A stretch of DNA of 64,000 nucleotides from an uncultured Actinomycetota bacterium (lineage in GTDB: Bacteria; Actinomycetota; Actinomycetes; Propionibacteriales; Nocardioidaceae). The stretch spans positions 967 to 64,966 of the forward strand of contig CAWJTG010000001.1 of assembly GCA_963845795.1 (NCBI GenBank), given 5' to 3'. Both the position numbers and the translations under genes were made by a program. Positions 53,618-63,087 of this stretch are shown piece after piece (the first letter of the stretch is position 1; every line of letters begins with the position of its first letter). Below the pieces are notes generated by a model. It had not been told where the DNA came from, did no database searches, and saw only the letters and a program-made list of their open reading frames with translations.

Positions 53618-54909
53618 CCGCACCGCCGAGCCTGCAGCTGGGCCAGACCCAGGACCGCACCGAGCTGGTGCCGGGCCGGGTCTCCGCCGTCCGTGCCAAC
53701 GTCGACACCCTCGGCGACGAGGCGACTCGCATCGAGGGCAAGCTGCAGTCGTTCCGCGCCGTCCAGGTGACGAGCTGGCTGGGCGGCACGAGCGGGCTGT
53801 TCCGGCTGCGGGTCTCCGACGAGACCAAGAAGTGGGAGGCCTACCTCGAGCTCCTGAACCAGGCCAAGGGGGCGCTCGCCACCTACGCCGACGCCCTGGG
53901 CACCGCCCAGGACAAGGCGCAGGACGCCATCGACAGGTGGAACGAGGGCGAGCGGGCCACCCAGGCCGCCGTCACCGAGCACAACGCAGCGGTCACCCGC
54001 TACAACACCAGCCTGTTGCAGCCGAGTGGGTCACCCTTCGGCCCGATCGCGCCGGTGCTCAGGCCGGGCCCGTTCCTCGACCCGGGTGAGGCGCTGCGCG
54101 AGGAGGCCGAGCGGATCCTCGAGGAGGCCCGCGCCAGCCTCGACCGCGCGGGTGCTGCCGCGCTCGACGCCCTGGGAGCGCCCGAGGACGCGGGCGGCTC
54201 CCGCAGCTCCAGCTCCGGCGACGTCGACGTGTTCGGGGCCGACGGCGACCTCGAAGGGCCGGAGTTCTCCTGGACCGGGTGGCAGCGGACGTTCGGCACC
54301 GAGGAGGGTGACGAGTCGCCGTTCAAGATCACCCTCGGCAAGGCGGAGGGCGAGGTGTACGTCTTCAACGCCGAGGGCGAGTTCACCAACTACTACGGCA
54401 ACGTCAAGGTCAACGGGGACGGCTCGGTCACCGTGCTCGGGGCGGGCGGATCGGCCGAGGCCACCATCGACGCCGACGGCGTCCGCGTCGGCGCGGACGG
54501 CCGGATCACCCTCCTCGGCGCCGAGGGCACGCTCCACGGCGAGCTCGGCCCCGCCGAGGCGGAGGTGAACGGCGAGGTGTTCGTCGGAGCCGAGGGCGGC
54601 GGCGGGCTGACCATCGGCAAGGACGGCGTGCACGCCGACGGCGAGCTGTTCGCCGGCGCCCGGGTGCGCGCCGAGGCCGCCGGCGACGTCGGCGGGATCG
54701 GCGGCGAGGCCGCGGTCGAGGGTCAGGCCGGCATCGGGATCTCGGCCGGGGGTGGTGTCGACATCGAGGACGGCGTGATCACCATCGACGCGGAGCTCGG
54801 CGCTGCGCTCGGGCTCGGTGGCAAGGTGGAGGCCGGCATCACCGTCGACCCGGTCGAGGTGTACGAGACCGGCAAGGATGCCGTCGAGTGGGTGGGAGGC
54901 CTGTTCTGA
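53614..54909 (+). CDS. Putative T7SS-secreted effector: helical WXG-type N-domain plus Gly/Ala-rich beta-strand C-domain
   Basis: LGQTQDRTELVPG..., SWLG, ALATYADAL..AQ.KAQDAI.RW; C-terminal alternating G/A/E/V strands ending GLGGKVEAGITVDP; ATGA overlap. Confidence 0.75.
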   Translation: MTAPPSLQLGQTQDRTELVPGRVSAVRANVDTLGDEATRIEGKLQSFRAVQVTSWLGGTSGLFRLRVSDETKKWEAYLELLNQAKGALATYADALGTAQDKAQDAIDRWNEGERATQAAVTEHNAAVTRYNTSLLQPSGSPFGPIAPVLRPGPFLDPGEALREEAERILEEARASLDRAGAAALDALGAPEDAGGSRSSSSGDVDVFGADGDLEGPEFSWTGWQRTFGTEEGDESPFKITLGKAEGEVYVFNAEGEFTNYYGNVKVNGDGSVTVLGAGGSAEATIDADGVRVGADGRITLLGAEGTLHGELGPAEAEVNGEVFVGAEGGGGLTIGKDGVHADGELFAGARVRAEAAGDVGGIGGEAAVEGQAGIGISAGGGVDIEDGVITIDAELGAALGLGGKVEAGITVDPVEVYETGKDAVEWVGGLF

Positions 54910-55412
54910 TGACCACGACCGCACTGCCGCTGCCGATCCGCATCCAGCTGCCGAACGACAGCTGGGAGCTCGTCGAGCCTGCCTCGCTCGGCGTGCAGAA
55001 CGTCGCGCTGCTCGCCGTCCGGCGGGGGCTGGTGGAGGACGCCTACACACCGACGATCACGGTGTCCGGCGACTGGCGCACCGACGGGACCACCCTCACC
55101 GAGATCGCGGACGAGAGCGTCGACAAGGTCCGGTCCGAGGCCGACGAGGTCGAGCTGCTCGACCGCCACGAGACGCCGTCCGACTCCGCCCCCGTCGTCA
55201 GCCAGGTGATCGGCGCGGTGATCCACGTCGACGGCGCCACCCACGACCTTCGCCAGGTCCAGCAGGTCCGCGGCTACGTCGACCTCGACGACCCGGGTCG
55301 GGTCGCCGTCGTCATCCACACCCTCACCTGCACCTTCGCTCAGTACGAGGAGATGGGCAGGGAGTTCACCGACTACCTGGGCTCGATCGAGCTGGCGCTG
55401 CCGCAGGGCTGA
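54909..55412 (+). CDS. Hypothetical protein coupled to the effector; candidate immunity or chaperone (PsbP/DcrB-like pattern)
   Basis: TGATG overlap; LPIRIQLPNDSW...TPTITVSG...TLTEIADES...TLTCT...F..YLGSI. Confidence 0.6.
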   Translation: MTTTALPLPIRIQLPNDSWELVEPASLGVQNVALLAVRRGLVEDAYTPTITVSGDWRTDGTTLTEIADESVDKVRSEADEVELLDRHETPSDSAPVVSQVIGAVIHVDGATHDLRQVQQVRGYVDLDDPGRVAVVIHTLTCTFAQYEEMGREFTDYLGSIELALPQG

Positions 55413-55466
55413 CGAGAGGGCCTGAGCGCCGTCGTCGCTCGGCAGCACGCCATCCCAGGACCTCGG

Positions 55467-55958
55467 TCAGCACATGCCGGGTGAGAGATAGGTGCGACTC
55501 ACGCCGGCGTGAGTGAACACGTACCGGGTGTAGTGGTACGAGGAGGGGGTCGATGTGTCCCCGCAGCGCAGCCCGACCTTGCGCTTCAGCACGATCCGGG
55601 CGGCGGTGAACCGATCACAGCCCCGGTAGGTGCAGAAGGCGGCCACCCCCCGGCCGGCGACGGTGCGCCGCCCCCACGAGGACCAACGGAACGAGCGGAA
55701 CCGATAGTCGCTACCCGCGCCCACCTGGAACCGGAAACGGACGAACGTGCGGCTCCAGCTCGCTTGAACCGCCGCCGGCCGACCCGACAGACCGAAGGGC
55801 TCGGGGACCGCCCAGTAGGTCGGCTTCGCCCGACTGCTCTGGGTCTGGTCGCTCACGGTGGCTGCCGGGGAGGAGACGGGAGGGCCGAGGACCACCGCGA
55901 GGGCGAGGACCACGACCGCGATCAGGTGCGAGGAGCGCTTCAAGTGATTCCGTCTCAT
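55467..55958 (-). CDS. Secreted hypothetical protein
   Basis: Signal-peptide-like LIAVVVLALAVVLGPP; RWSSWG and four Cys; weaker codon bias. Confidence 0.55.
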   Translation of the reverse strand: MRRNHLKRSSHLIAVVVLALAVVLGPPVSSPAATVSDQTQSSRAKPTYWAVPEPFGLSGRPAAVQASWSRTFVRFRFQVGAGSDYRFRSFRWSSWGRRTVAGRGVAAFCTYRGCDRFTAARIVLKRKVGLRCGDTSTPSSYHYTRYVFTHAGVSRTYLSPGMC

Positions 55959-56121
55959 CTCAGTCCGGAAGGGCCAGGCGAGCGTAGGACACACCGGCGA
56001 GGCCCGTCGCAACTTCCACCATCGTCTCTGGATCCGCGACGATCAGAACCGCCCTCGGGTAGCGCTCACGGCAGGATCAGCCAGACTGCATGACACGTGT
56101 ACTCGATCAGGGAGAGGGTCG

Positions 56122-58794
56122 ATGGTCTTCGTCTTCGATTTCGCCGACGGCAGCAAGGAGCAGCGAGACCTGCTCGGCGGCAAGGGCGCCAACCTCGCCG
56201 AGATGACCAACCTCGGCCTCCCGGTGCCCCCGGGCTTCACGATCACCACCGAGGCGTGCCGGGCGTACCTCGAGGACGGCGGCGATCCCGACGGCCTCGC
56301 CGACGAGGTCACCGAGCACCTGGCCGCGCTGGAGCAGACGATGGGGCGCCGGCTCGGCGATGCCGACGACCCGTTGCTGGTGAGTGTCCGCTCCGGCGCG
56401 AAGTTCTCGATGCCCGGGATGATGGAGACCGTCCTCAACATCGGACTCAACGACGCCTCGGTCGAGGGGCTGGCGCAGCAGAGCCAGGACGACCGGTTCG
56501 CGCTGGACTCCTACCGACGGCTGCTGCAGATGTTCGGCGCCACCGTGCTCGACATCGAGGCCTCCCACTTCTCCGAGGCGCTGGAGTCGGCCAAGGGGGC
56601 GCGGGGCACCGAGAACGACCTCGACCTCGACGCCGACGACCTGCGCGCCCTGGTGGAGACGTTCAAGGGCATCGTCCGCGAGCACTCCGGGCGCGACTTC
56701 CCGCAGGAGCCGCGCGAGCAGCTGGACCTCGCGGTGCGCGCGGTCTTCGACTCCTGGAACACCGACCGGGCCCGGCTCTACCGGCGTCGCGAGCGCATCT
56801 CCGACGACCTGGGCACCGCGGTGAACGTGCAGGCGATGGTCTTCGGCAACTTCGGCATGGACTCCGGCTCCGGCGTCGCGTTCACCCGTGACCCGGCCAG
56901 TGGCGCCCAGGGCGAGTACGGCGACTACCTGCAGAACGCCCAGGGCGAGGACGTCGTCGCCGGCATCCGCAACACCGTCAGCCTCGCCGACTTCGGCGAC
57001 GTCGACCGCGCCTCGCACGACGAGCTGCTGTCGATCATGGCCCGACTCGAGCGCCACTACCGCGACATGTGCGACATCGAGTTCACCGTCGAGCGCGGCA
57101 AGCTGTGGATGCTGCAGACCCGGGTCGGGAAGCGGACGCCGGAGGCGGCGTTCCGGATCGCGATCCACATGGTCGACGAGGGCCTGATCCAGATGGACGA
57201 GGCGGTCACCCGCGTCACCGGCGACCAGCTCGCCCAGCTGATGTTCCCCCGGTTCGACGAGTCCGCCGAGCGCACCCTGCTGGGCACCGGCATGAACGCC
57301 TCCCCGGGCGCCGCCGTCGGCAAGGTCGTCTTCGACTCCGACACCGCGGTGGCGTGGGCCGAGCGCGGCGAGGACGTCATCCTCGTCCGCAAGGAGACCA
57401 ACCCCGACGACCTGCGCGGCATGGTGGCGGCCCAGGGCATCCTCACCAGCCGGGGCGGCAAGACCTCGCACGCCGCCGTCGTCGCCCGCGGCATGGGGCG
57501 CACCTGCGTCTGCGGCGCCGAGTCGCTCGACGTCGACGCGCAGGCCAAGGAGTTCCGGGTCCGCGACGGCATCACCGTGAGCGAGGGCGACGTCATCTCC
57601 ATCGACGGCACCACCGGCGAGATCTTCGCCGGCGCCGTCCCCGTCTCCGCCGCGCTCGTCGTCCGGCACTTCGAGGGGGAGCAGGTCGACGACGACCTGG
57701 TCGCCGCGGTCGCGCGCGTCATGGCGCACGCCGACGGCGCCCGCCGGCTCCGGGTGCGGGCCAACGCCGACACCCCCGAGGACTCCGCGCGCGCCCGACG
57801 CTTCGGCGCCCAGGGCATCGGGCTGTGCCGGACCGAGCACATGTTCCTCGGCGATCGCCGCGAGCTCGTCGAGCACCTCATCGTCGCCGAGGACGACCGG
57901 GCGCGTCAGGAGGCGCTCGACGCGTTGCTTCCCCTGCAGCGGCAGGACTTCCTCGAGATCTTCGAGGCCATGGACGGGCTGCCCGTCACGATCCGGCTCA
58001 TCGACCCGCCGCTGCACGAGTTCCTCCCCGACCTCACCGACCTGTCCGTGAAGGTGGCGCTCGCCGAGGCCGCCGGCGAGGTCGACGAGCACGACCGCAG
58101 CCTGCTGCAGCACGTACGGCGGCTCCACGAGCAGAACCCGATGCTCGGCATGCGCGGCGTCCGGCTGGGCATCCAGATCCCGGGCCTCGTCGAGATGCAG
58201 GCCCGCGCGATCCTCGAGGCCGCGGCCGACCGGGTCGAGGCCGGCATGCGGCCGCTCCCCGAGATCATGGTCCCGCTGGTCGCGAGCGTCCGGGAGCTCG
58301 AGATCGTGAAGGCGATCATCACCACGGCGGCCGAGGAGATCCAGGAGCAGCGCGGCGTCACCCTCGACGTCAAGATCGGCACCATGATCGAGCTGCCCCG
58401 GGCCGCCTTCCTCGCCGACCGGATCGCCCAGGAGGCCGACTTCTTCTCCTTCGGCACCAACGACCTGACCCAGATGGCGTGGGGCTTCTCGCGCGACGAC
58501 GTCGAGTCGTCCTTCTTCTCCCGCTACTTCGAGCACGCGATCTTCGACGTCTCCCCCTTCGAGTCGCTCGACCAGCTGGGCGTCGGCGGCATGGTCGAGA
58601 TGGGCACCGACAAGGGCCGGCAGACCAAGCCGGACCTCAAGATCGGGGTGTGCGGTGAGCACGGCGGCGACCCCCGGTCGATCCACTTCTTCGACTCCGT
58701 GGGCCTCGACTACGTCTCGTGCTCGCCGTTCCGGGTGCCGATCGCCCGGCTCGAGGCCGGACGCACGGTCCTGAGCCGGCGCGCCGAGCGATGA
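56122..58794 (+). CDS. ppdK: Pyruvate, phosphate dikinase
   Basis: LLGGKGANLAEM, LLVSVRSGA, GGKTSHAAVVARGMG, GLCRTEHMF, SFGTNDLTQ, GVCGEHGGDP. Confidence 0.98.
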   Translation: MVFVFDFADGSKEQRDLLGGKGANLAEMTNLGLPVPPGFTITTEACRAYLEDGGDPDGLADEVTEHLAALEQTMGRRLGDADDPLLVSVRSGAKFSMPGMMETVLNIGLNDASVEGLAQQSQDDRFALDSYRRLLQMFGATVLDIEASHFSEALESAKGARGTENDLDLDADDLRALVETFKGIVREHSGRDFPQEPREQLDLAVRAVFDSWNTDRARLYRRRERISDDLGTAVNVQAMVFGNFGMDSGSGVAFTRDPASGAQGEYGDYLQNAQGEDVVAGIRNTVSLADFGDVDRASHDELLSIMARLERHYRDMCDIEFTVERGKLWMLQTRVGKRTPEAAFRIAIHMVDEGLIQMDEAVTRVTGDQLAQLMFPRFDESAERTLLGTGMNASPGAAVGKVVFDSDTAVAWAERGEDVILVRKETNPDDLRGMVAAQGILTSRGGKTSHAAVVARGMGRTCVCGAESLDVDAQAKEFRVRDGITVSEGDVISIDGTTGEIFAGAVPVSAALVVRHFEGEQVDDDLVAAVARVMAHADGARRLRVRANADTPEDSARARRFGAQGIGLCRTEHMFLGDRRELVEHLIVAEDDRARQEALDALLPLQRQDFLEIFEAMDGLPVTIRLIDPPLHEFLPDLTDLSVKVALAEAAGEVDEHDRSLLQHVRRLHEQNPMLGMRGVRLGIQIPGLVEMQARAILEAAADRVEAGMRPLPEIMVPLVASVRELEIVKAIITTAAEEIQEQRGVTLDVKIGTMIELPRAAFLADRIAQEADFFSFGTNDLTQMAWGFSRDDVESSFFSRYFEHAIFDVSPFESLDQLGVGGMVEMGTDKGRQTKPDLKIGVCGEHGGDPRSIHFFDSVGLDYVSCSPFRVPIARLEAGRTVLSRRAER

Positions 58795-60092
58795 TCGACT
58801 CCCAGACCCTGGTCAACCTCGGTCTGGTCGTGGTCTTCGTCCTGGTCGGCGGCGTGTTCGCCGCCACCGAGCTCGCCCTGGTCTCGCTGCGTCCGGGGCA
58901 GGTCGACAAGCTGGAACAGGGTGGCTCACGCGGTGCCCGGGTGGCCGCGATCGCGCGGGACCCGAACCGCTTCCTCGCCGCGGTGCAGATCGGCGTCACG
59001 GTGGCCGGGTTCCTGTCGGCGGCCTACGGCGGCGCGACGCTGGCGCCCGATGTCGCGCCCTACCTCGTCGACCTCGGCCTCGGACCCGACGCCTCCGACA
59101 CGGTGGCGCTGGTGGCGATGACCCTGCTCATCGCCTACCTGTCCCTGGTGCTCGGCGAGCTGGTGCCCAAGCGGCTGGCCCTCCAGCGGTCCGAGCAGGT
59201 GTCGCTGGTCACCGGGCCGGCGCTCGACCGGTTCGCCACCGTGATGAGGCCGGTGATCTGGCTGCTCTCGGTCTCCACCGACGCGCTCGTCCGGTTGCTC
59301 GGCGGCGACCCGGACCAGACCAGCACCGAGCTCTCACAGGAGGAGGTGCGCGACATCGTCACCTCCCACGAGTCGCTCGAGGAGAACGAGCGGCGCATCC
59401 TGGGCGACGTCTTCATGGCCTCGCGCAGCACCGTCAAGGAGCTGATGCGCCCGCGCGTCGAGGTCGACTTCGTCGACGGCGCGAGCTCGGTTGCGGACGC
59501 CACCGCCTGGGTCCTGACCCAGCCGCACTCGCGCTACCCGGTGATGGGGTCGAGCTTCGACGACATCACCGGCTTCCTCCACGTGCGAGACCTGCTCGGT
59601 CTCGCGCCCGACGACCCCCGCACGGTGGCCGACCTGCAGCGGCCGGTCCTGTCGCTCCCCGGCACCAACCGGGCGCTGCCGTCGGTGACCACGATGCGGC
59701 AGGCCGGCGCCCACCTCGCCGTCGTGGTCGACGAGTACGGCGGCACCGACGGCATCGTCACGCTCGAGGACCTGGTGGAGGAGATCGTCGGCGAGATCCA
59801 CGACGAGTACGACGCCGCCTCACCGGACCGGCGCGGTGACGAGCCCGACGTCGTCCGCGGCGGGCTGACGCTGCAGGACTTCGCCGAGGAGACCGGCATC
59901 GCGCTCGCCGACGGCGACTACGAGACCGTGGCCGGCTACGTGATCGCCCGGCTGGGTCGGATCCCTGCCGTCGGCGACTCTGTTGCTGTCGCCGACGCGG
60001 TCCTCGAGGTCGCGGAGATGGAGGACCGGCGCGTGGCGGCGGTGCGGGTGCACGTCGAGACCGTGCCGGAGGACACCGGCCCCGCGGACTGA
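58791..60092 (+). CDS. Hemolysin-family CNNM (DUF21)-CBS-CorC protein
   Basis: FAATELALVSLR, FLAAVQIGVT, LGELVPKRLA, HSRYPV, VVDEYGGTDGIVTLEDLVEEIVGEI, YETVAG. Confidence 0.93.
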   Translation: MIDSQTLVNLGLVVVFVLVGGVFAATELALVSLRPGQVDKLEQGGSRGARVAAIARDPNRFLAAVQIGVTVAGFLSAAYGGATLAPDVAPYLVDLGLGPDASDTVALVAMTLLIAYLSLVLGELVPKRLALQRSEQVSLVTGPALDRFATVMRPVIWLLSVSTDALVRLLGGDPDQTSTELSQEEVRDIVTSHESLEENERRILGDVFMASRSTVKELMRPRVEVDFVDGASSVADATAWVLTQPHSRYPVMGSSFDDITGFLHVRDLLGLAPDDPRTVADLQRPVLSLPGTNRALPSVTTMRQAGAHLAVVVDEYGGTDGIVTLEDLVEEIVGEIHDEYDAASPDRRGDEPDVVRGGLTLQDFAEETGIALADGDYETVAGYVIARLGRIPAVGDSVAVADAVLEVAEMEDRRVAAVRVHVETVPEDTGPAD

Positions 60093-60161
60093 TCGGCTCC
60101 TGCGTCGACGAGCAGTTCGGCACGGACCCCGGGACGACCCCTGGTGCGTACGCTGCTGGAC

Positions 60162-60935
60162 ATGCCCCCACCGCCGACCGCCACCGGCGTCGACGACGCC
60201 GCCCTGCTCGGGCTCCGCCGCTGGAACCTCGGTCTGGCGGTGCTGCACGCCGCCCAGGCCGTGGCCGTGCTCGTGCTGGCCAGTGACTTCGCCATCACCG
60301 TCATCGCGTCGTACGCCCAGGGCCCTCCGGGCACGCCCCTCGCCGACCCCGAGTCGATCCTCGACGTCCGGATCGGGTGGGCGATCGCCGCGTTCCTGAT
60401 CCTGGCCGCGGTCGACCACCTCGTCATCGCGACGGCGGGTCGGCGTCGCTACGAGGCGGACCTGCGACGCGGGCGCAACGCGTTCCGGTGGATCGAGTAC
60501 TCCGTCAGCGCGACGCTCATGATCGTCCTGATCGGCTTCTACAACGGGATCGTCGAGATCTCGGCGGTCCTCGCGATCATCGGCGCCAACGTCGCGATGA
60601 TCCTCTTCGGCTGGCTGCAGGAGCTGATGAACCCGCCCGGGCGGACGACGACGACCATGCTGCCGTTCTGGTTCGGCTGCATCGCCGGCGCCGCGCCCTG
60701 GGCGGCGATCACCTGGAACCTGGTGGCCGCCCGGGAGGACGTGCCGGGCTTCGTGTTCGGGATCTTCGTGTCGCTGTTCATCTTCTTCATGAGCTTCGGG
60801 GTCAACCAGTGGCTGCAGTACCGCGGGGTGGGGCCGTGGCGCAGCTATGCCTTCGGCGAGCGGGCCTACCTGGTCCTCAGCCTCGTCGCGAAGTCGGCCC
60901 TGGCCTGGCAGATCTTCGCCGGCTCGCTCGCCTGA
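60162..60935 (+). CDS. Heliorhodopsin
   Basis: LRRWN...LHAAQ, GPPG beta-hairpin, DHL, RNAFRWIEYSVS, MILFGWLQE, QYRGVGPW..Y..GERAYLVLSLVAKSALAWQIF (retinal Lys in SLVAK). Confidence 0.95.
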   Translation: MPPPPTATGVDDAALLGLRRWNLGLAVLHAAQAVAVLVLASDFAITVIASYAQGPPGTPLADPESILDVRIGWAIAAFLILAAVDHLVIATAGRRRYEADLRRGRNAFRWIEYSVSATLMIVLIGFYNGIVEISAVLAIIGANVAMILFGWLQELMNPPGRTTTTMLPFWFGCIAGAAPWAAITWNLVAAREDVPGFVFGIFVSLFIFFMSFGVNQWLQYRGVGPWRSYAFGERAYLVLSLVAKSALAWQIFAGSLA

Positions 60936-60975
60936 CAGCCCCTCCGGGTCGAGAGCGCACGGCGTCTCGCGGCAC

Positions 60976-61891
60976 TCAGGACGATGCCGCGACCGTCTGA
61001 CGCAACCACGCGCGGAAGCGCTGGAAGCCGACGTCTCGAGTGAGCGCTCGTCGGCCAGTGCAGGTAGTAGCCGGTGCCAGGACCGGTCACCTCCGGACCG
61101 ACCTCGACCAACAGCCCGCGACGCAGGAGGTCGCCGCTCAGGGTGCGCCAGCTCAGGATCACCCCGTTACCGCTGATCGCCAGCGGGACCACGCTCCCGT
61201 ACGTCGGGTAGACGACACGGTCCTCCGTCGTGTCGGCGTACTGCTCCCCGTTCGCGGCGAACCAGCTGGCCCAGTGCTGCGAGGTGCGGTCGGTCTGGTC
61301 CACGTGCAGCAGCGGCGCGGTGAGCAGCGCCCGCGCAGGCGATCGCGGGGTGAGGCCGAGCTCGTCGGCCAGCTCGGGGGACGCGACCGGCACCACGGTC
61401 TCGCCGACCAGTCGCTCGGCGTTCAGCCGCGGCACCCGGCCGTCCCCGAACCGGATGCTCACGTCGTGGTCGACCCCCGTCAGCTCGCGGTCGTGGTCGA
61501 AGATCGTCAGCTGCACGCGGGTCGGGGCCATCGTCGTGCGCAGCTCGCCCAGCCGGGGGGCGACCCAGCTCTCCGCGACCGAGGGCTGCACGACGACCCG
61601 GAGCTGGTCGGGATCCTCGCGCAGCCGGGACAGCGCCACCTCGATCCCGTCGAAGGCCTCCGAGACCGCCTGGTGCAGCAACCGACCGTGTCGGGTCAGG
61701 GTCCGGCGGTTGGTGCGCCGGTCGAAGAGCACCGAGTTCAGCGAGCTCTCCAAGGCCGTCATCTGCTTGGAGACCGCGGGCTGCGAGGTCCCGAGCTCGT
61801 CGGCGGCAGCCGTGAACGTGCCGAGCCGACCCACCGCCTCGAACGCCGCGAGCCGTTGCAGCTGCTGGACCCGGTGCAGCAGCACCCGCAT
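60976..61891 (-). CDS. LysR (GcvA-like) transcriptional regulator; apparent +1 frameshift near 61045
   Basis: LAAFEAVGRLGTFTAAADELGTSQPAVSKQM HTH; DVSIRFG; corrected tail FQRFRAWLRQ...* ends at 60976. Confidence 0.88.
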
Positions 61892-61927
61892 GACGCCCCC
61901 GTCCCGCTCGGTCGACCGTCGGCAACC

Positions 61928-61944
61928 CATCACCTGTGGTTATG
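61928..61944. promoter_or_regulatory. LysR-type T-N11-A box
   Basis: CATCAC-CTGTG-GTTATG dyad between divergent lysR and tauD-like genes. Confidence 0.55.
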
Positions 61945-62000
61945 CCACGGTAACCGAATGACCGCTGTCGTGACGACCGATGTCGCTCCTAGCCTCGGAC

Positions 62001-62943
62001 GTGAAACTCGCCTGCAACCGACTGACTCCGGCACTCGGAGCGATGCGCCTCTCTTCCGACCGACCAGTCCGGCGTCGCTGAGATCTCCGAGGAGCTCGTC
62101 GATGCTGTCCATGCCGCGCTGATGGAGCACCTGGTGTTGGTGTTCCCGGAGGCCGGCCTCGACACCGCCGGCATGGTGGGGCTCGGATCCGCCCTGCGGC
62201 ACGCTGGCCGCGCGTCATCACTCCTACGTCACCCATCCCGACTTCGACGACGTCGTGGTCCTGACCTGGGAGGGCGACCAGAAGCCGGACGCCGCGGAGT
62301 GGCACTCCGACATGTCGTACCGGTCGGTGACGCCGTTCGCCTCGATCCTCAAGGCCGTCGAGGTCCCGTCGACGGGCGGCGACACGCTGTGGGCCAGCAT
62401 GTTCGCGGTGCACGACGCGCTCGACCCGGGACTGCGGCGCGACCTGGAGCAGCTCGAGGTGGTCCATGACATGGGTGCCTTCCGGACCGGCGCCTACCGT
62501 CGAGGGGGGCGACGCCGGCATCGGTGAGGCGCACGTCCGGGCCGGTTCGGCCGTGCACCCGGTGATCGACCACCATCCCGGTGACCGGACGGCCGTACCT
62601 GAACGTCAGCGAGGCCAACACGCGCTTCGTGATCGGCCTGTCGGCGCCCGAGAGCGGGCGACTGCTGACGATGTTGTTCGACCTGGTCAACCGGCCCGAC
62701 TTCCAGGTGCGGCTGAGGTGGCAGCCCGGAACGGTCGCGATCTGGGACAACCGGGGAACCCAGCACTACGCGGTGTCGGACTACCTGCCGCACCGACGGG
62801 TGATGCATCGGGTCGCGGTCGGGACCGATCGACGTACGCCCTCTGACGGGCCGCCAGCGCGCCGGCAACCGACCGCCACGATCGACGAGCTCACTGCTCC
62901 GCGCGAGCGCCAGGTCGAACACGGCAACCTCGCCGGACGCTGA
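62001..62943 (+). pseudogene. TauD/TfdA alpha-ketoglutarate-dependent dioxygenase with four +1 frameshifts (pseudogene or assembly error)
   Basis: Successive frames give LTPALGA, ALMEHLVLVFP, WHSDMSY, GGDTLWASM, HPVI..HPVTGRPYL, RWQPGTVAIWDNRGTQHYA, RVMHRV. Confidence 0.8.
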
Positions 62944-63087
62944 TCCTCTCGGCGCGGCAGAAGCTCCTCGGGTCCCCGACGAGACAGGCTGACGCCGATG
63001 GCTTCGAGGCATCCAGGGCTCGCGGTGAACGCGGCATCCGGAACCACTCATCGGTCCACGGCGCAGCGACGGGAAGGCAAGGCGGTC

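Noticed and set aside
60866-60975. LysR C-terminus overlapping the heliorhodopsin gene
   Set aside because: Consequence of the frameshift near 61045; the corrected frame ends at 60976 with a typical FRAWL tail
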